DNA from: a virus
Taxonomy: Duplodnaviria > Caudoviricetes
DNA: 59,423 bases
Virus record (IMG/VR): IMGVR_UViG_3300044723_010080
Location: 1-59,423 of that record
Direction: 5' to 3' (one strand)
Made by a program: the position numbers and the translations under genes. The notes under the pieces are model-generated. The model was not told the DNA's origin, searched no databases, and saw only the letters and a list, made by a program, of their open reading frames with translations. Numbering within the stretch: position 1 is the first letter of the stretch; every line of letters begins with the position of its first letter. Of this stretch, positions 57,246-59,423 are shown piece after piece.

Positions 57246-57680
57246 ATGGGACCCATACTCAACACTATAATTGGTGCCGGTTTGAAGCTCGGAGTGAATC
57301 TGATCAACGCTTGGATCGAACAAAAGAGACAAGATCAGATGTTGCTAGCCGCACGAGATGACAAGATCATCCGTGCCATGTTGCAGGGTCAGATGGAACA
57401 AGCCAGTGACCCATTTGTGAAAAGCACGCGACGTGTGTTGTTTTTGAGCATCACATTCACCATGTGTTTTCTCATGATCTATTACGCGTTGAACCCCAAC
57501 ATAACATATGACGTGATCGTGCCACATGGTGAGAGTGCCAGATGGGGCATCTTGAGCTGGATATTCGGAGGCAAGGATTGGGAGCTGGTGCAAATGACCG
57601 GTGGACTGTTGCTCACCAGTTTTTTTGACCTGTGTTTCATGGTGATTGGGTTTTACGCTGTGCCTAGCAAGAGACGCTGA
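57246..57680 (+). CDS. Membrane protein, possible holin
   Basis: Two to three hydrophobic segments, basic C-terminus (SKRR), and a late-type TAAATA 5 nt before the ATG. Confidence 0.5.
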   Translation: MGPILNTIIGAGLKLGVNLINAWIEQKRQDQMLLAARDDKIIRAMLQGQMEQASDPFVKSTRRVLFLSITFTMCFLMIYYALNPNITYDVIVPHGESARWGILSWIFGGKDWELVQMTGGLLLTSFFDLCFMVIGFYAVPSKRR

Positions 57681-58211
57681 TCAATCACGCACCTGGAACG
57701 TTTCCACAAGCTTGTCCACCACCGCGTTGCTATCACCCAGATCGATTGGTGGCTCCACTGGTAGTTCCACTTCAGACCCCGTGGAGACATCACCGTAACC
57801 ATACTCTCCATATATATCATCATGATCCGCATCCGCATCAATCTCCAGTGCCTCTGGCTCCGGAGCCACCGGTGGTGTCCAGTCACTTGCTTCTCGTTTG
57901 TATATGTCCGTGAATATGATGCTGAGCAATTGTTGAGTGTGCTCATGTTGTGAGGCTCGATCCACAAAGTCGGTCACGTCCTGTCGAGTGAACTTGCCAA
58001 TCAATTGACCTATCGGATCCGACAAACTGGCGTAACACTTGTGAGGAATATAATCATTAGCAATGGTGGCACAATCACGTATCACGTAATATGCGCTTTT
58101 GTTCTTGATCTCCACACCAGTGTCCGGTTTGTTCATGGCAACCGTGGCAAACTTGAGCAAGTTGCGTTCTTTGATCTTGCACGTGGCAAGCACCTTGAGC
58201 TCAAACTCCAT
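57681..58211 (-). CDS. Hypothetical protein with acidic C-terminus
   Basis: 176-aa ORF abutting both neighbours. Confidence 0.65.
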   Translation of the reverse strand: MEFELKVLATCKIKERNLLKFATVAMNKPDTGVEIKNKSAYYVIRDCATIANDYIPHKCYASLSDPIGQLIGKFTRQDVTDFVDRASQHEHTQQLLSIIFTDIYKREASDWTPPVAPEPEALEIDADADHDDIYGEYGYGDVSTGSEVELPVEPPIDLGDSNAVVDKLVETFQVRD

Positions 58212-58406
58212 CTATTTCTTACGTGTGTTTTTGACCGTGAGCTGTTCAATCTTGTCATTCAATTGATCAACCACTGTCTTGATGTGTTGCAGCGTGGCTT
58301 TGTATTCATTCACATCGGCGTTGTGTCTCAACTGCATGAGCTCTGCGCGCAACGCGTCATTCTCTTCATACAGTTTGTTTATCTTGTCTATCTCCCATTG
58401 CTTCAT
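58212..58406 (-). CDS. Small coiled-coil protein
   Basis: Heptad pattern; TATAAATA (58413-58420, minus strand) 6 nt upstream of the ATG. Confidence 0.65.
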   Translation of the reverse strand: MKQWEIDKINKLYEENDALRAELMQLRHNADVNEYKATLQHIKTVVDQLNDKIEQLTVKNTRKK

Positions 58407-58493
58407 AAAGTGTATTTATAACGAACCACAGCGCCGCAGGCGCTTCCGGTTGTAAATTTGTGCGGAGCCGCAGGCTCCCGCCGCCGATGCCGC

Positions 58494-58877
58494 TCATTCC
58501 CGTTCATGTTCCGATGGTGGGTCCGCTGACCGTTGCTTGCCAGGTGCTTTGGGGGCCCATCTGGCACTGGCCCAGGCGCTCATGATGCTGGCAAACAACA
58601 CCAATCCAATGATGGTGGCGAAAGTGGGTATCACTTGTGGCTGATCTCCTATGAGACTCTGTCTTTCAGTTGCAGATATGGTGCCATCTCCATCTTGATC
58701 CACTTGTTGCACTGTGATTGGTGGGATGTTGCGGTGTGGGGCGGTTTGAGATGTTGTGTTTTTTTGCTGCTGCGCAGGGTCGCGCTTGAGACTGCAACCC
58801 ACACATGTGGCAAACATCCACAACATGATCATCACGAACAGCATCAGCTTGAGCACAGGTTTGAAGTGTTGGTCCAT
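58494..58877 (-). CDS. Lipoprotein with EF-hand-like loop and C-terminal TM helix
   Basis: Signal peptide ending CVGC, DQDGDGTISATE loop, TM IPTFATIIGLVLFASIMSAW, and TAAATA 8 nt upstream. Confidence 0.6.
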   Translation of the reverse strand: MDQHFKPVLKLMLFVMIMLWMFATCVGCSLKRDPAQQQKNTTSQTAPHRNIPPITVQQVDQDGDGTISATERQSLIGDQPQVIPTFATIIGLVLFASIMSAWASARWAPKAPGKQRSADPPSEHERE

Positions 58878-59049
58878 ATCAGCAATATTTAGTGTGGGTT
58901 CCCCTGTATGGCAACACCTGGGGAGCGCGCGAAAAAAAATTTTGGCATGCGTACCCCTTAAAACACGTGTTTGCAGCTACACTGGTGGTTTCTCGCACGC
59001 CCTTGTTCTACAGAGCAGGTTGGCTCTAGGAGCAGGTTGTAAATGAAGA

Positions 59050-59076
59050 ACGGGGGCGCTTTTGGCAACCCCCGTC
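59050..59076 (-). terminator. Putative terminator for the minus-strand gene at the window end
   Basis: acggggg...cccccgt stem followed on the minus strand by TCTTCATTT. Confidence 0.55.
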
Positions 59077-59100
59077 CTGGATCAGTTATGGAATGGAAAG

Positions 59101-59418
59101 TTATGCGTCAGGAAAGCATTTGACTCCTGATTCAGCCTCTGCCAGTTCACCTTTCAAATTGCTCAGCTGGACTGAAAGCTTTTGTATACGAGCCACTAGA
59201 TAGTTCTTGCGTCGTTCGTTGCTGTCTGGAGCAGCCTCTCTACTAACATATCCTTCTCTGAACAGATCGATGTTGTTGTTGTACTTGCGCTCGATCAGGC
59301 CAGCTAGATACTTGTGATAAAAGCTTTTTGATTTGCCGGTCTTGTTGCAGATGACTCGATAGTTGTTCAGGTCGATCTGTACATCGTTCAAGTTCTTGTC
59401 TTTGAGAGTGTAGAACAC
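59101..59418 (-). CDS. Hypothetical protein (possibly 5'-truncated)
   Basis: 105-aa ORF reaching the window edge; C-terminal coiled coil. Confidence 0.55.
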   Translation of the reverse strand: MFYTLKDKNLNDVQIDLNNYRVICNKTGKSKSFYHKYLAGLIERKYNNNIDLFREGYVSREAAPDSNERRKNYLVARIQKLSVQLSNLKGELAEAESGVKCFPDA

Positions 59419-59423
59419 TTTGG

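Noticed and set aside
1-59423. Stop-codon reassignment
   Set aside because: Genes are full length in code 11, and TAA, TGA and TAG all end recognisable genes (e.g. queF ends in TAG).

Overview
This window is a fragment of a large T4-like (myovirus-type) phage genome in the standard genetic code. Positions 1-45.2 kb are an unusually long + strand block of virion fibre and appendage genes: modular GNVGIGT tail fibres, C1q/S74/LamG-like tips, a four-gene paralog array, a gp15-like tail terminator and a 4484-aa repeat fibre. The neck/head module follows (gp13-like, SNase-like nuclease, gp4, gp21, gp22, gp23 major capsid). A convergent minus-strand cluster encodes QueF, a P-loop nucleotide kinase, a dATP/dGTP diphosphohydrolase, a PurN-like formyltransferase and a DpdA/TGT-like protein, consistent with 7-deazaguanine DNA hypermodification. 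A ClpC-type ATPase and small membrane or hypothetical genes close the window. The main unexplained signals are: (1) a ~390-nt ORF-free, highly structured candidate ncRNA on the minus strand at 18.08-18.47 kb; (2) a window-wide leaderless layout, with promoter elements 5-8 nt before the ATG; (3) a conserved 19-nt 5'-leader hairpin in front of two paralogous fibre genes; (4) a gp4 gene with no canonical start codon. All calls come from reading motifs by eye; no searches were run.
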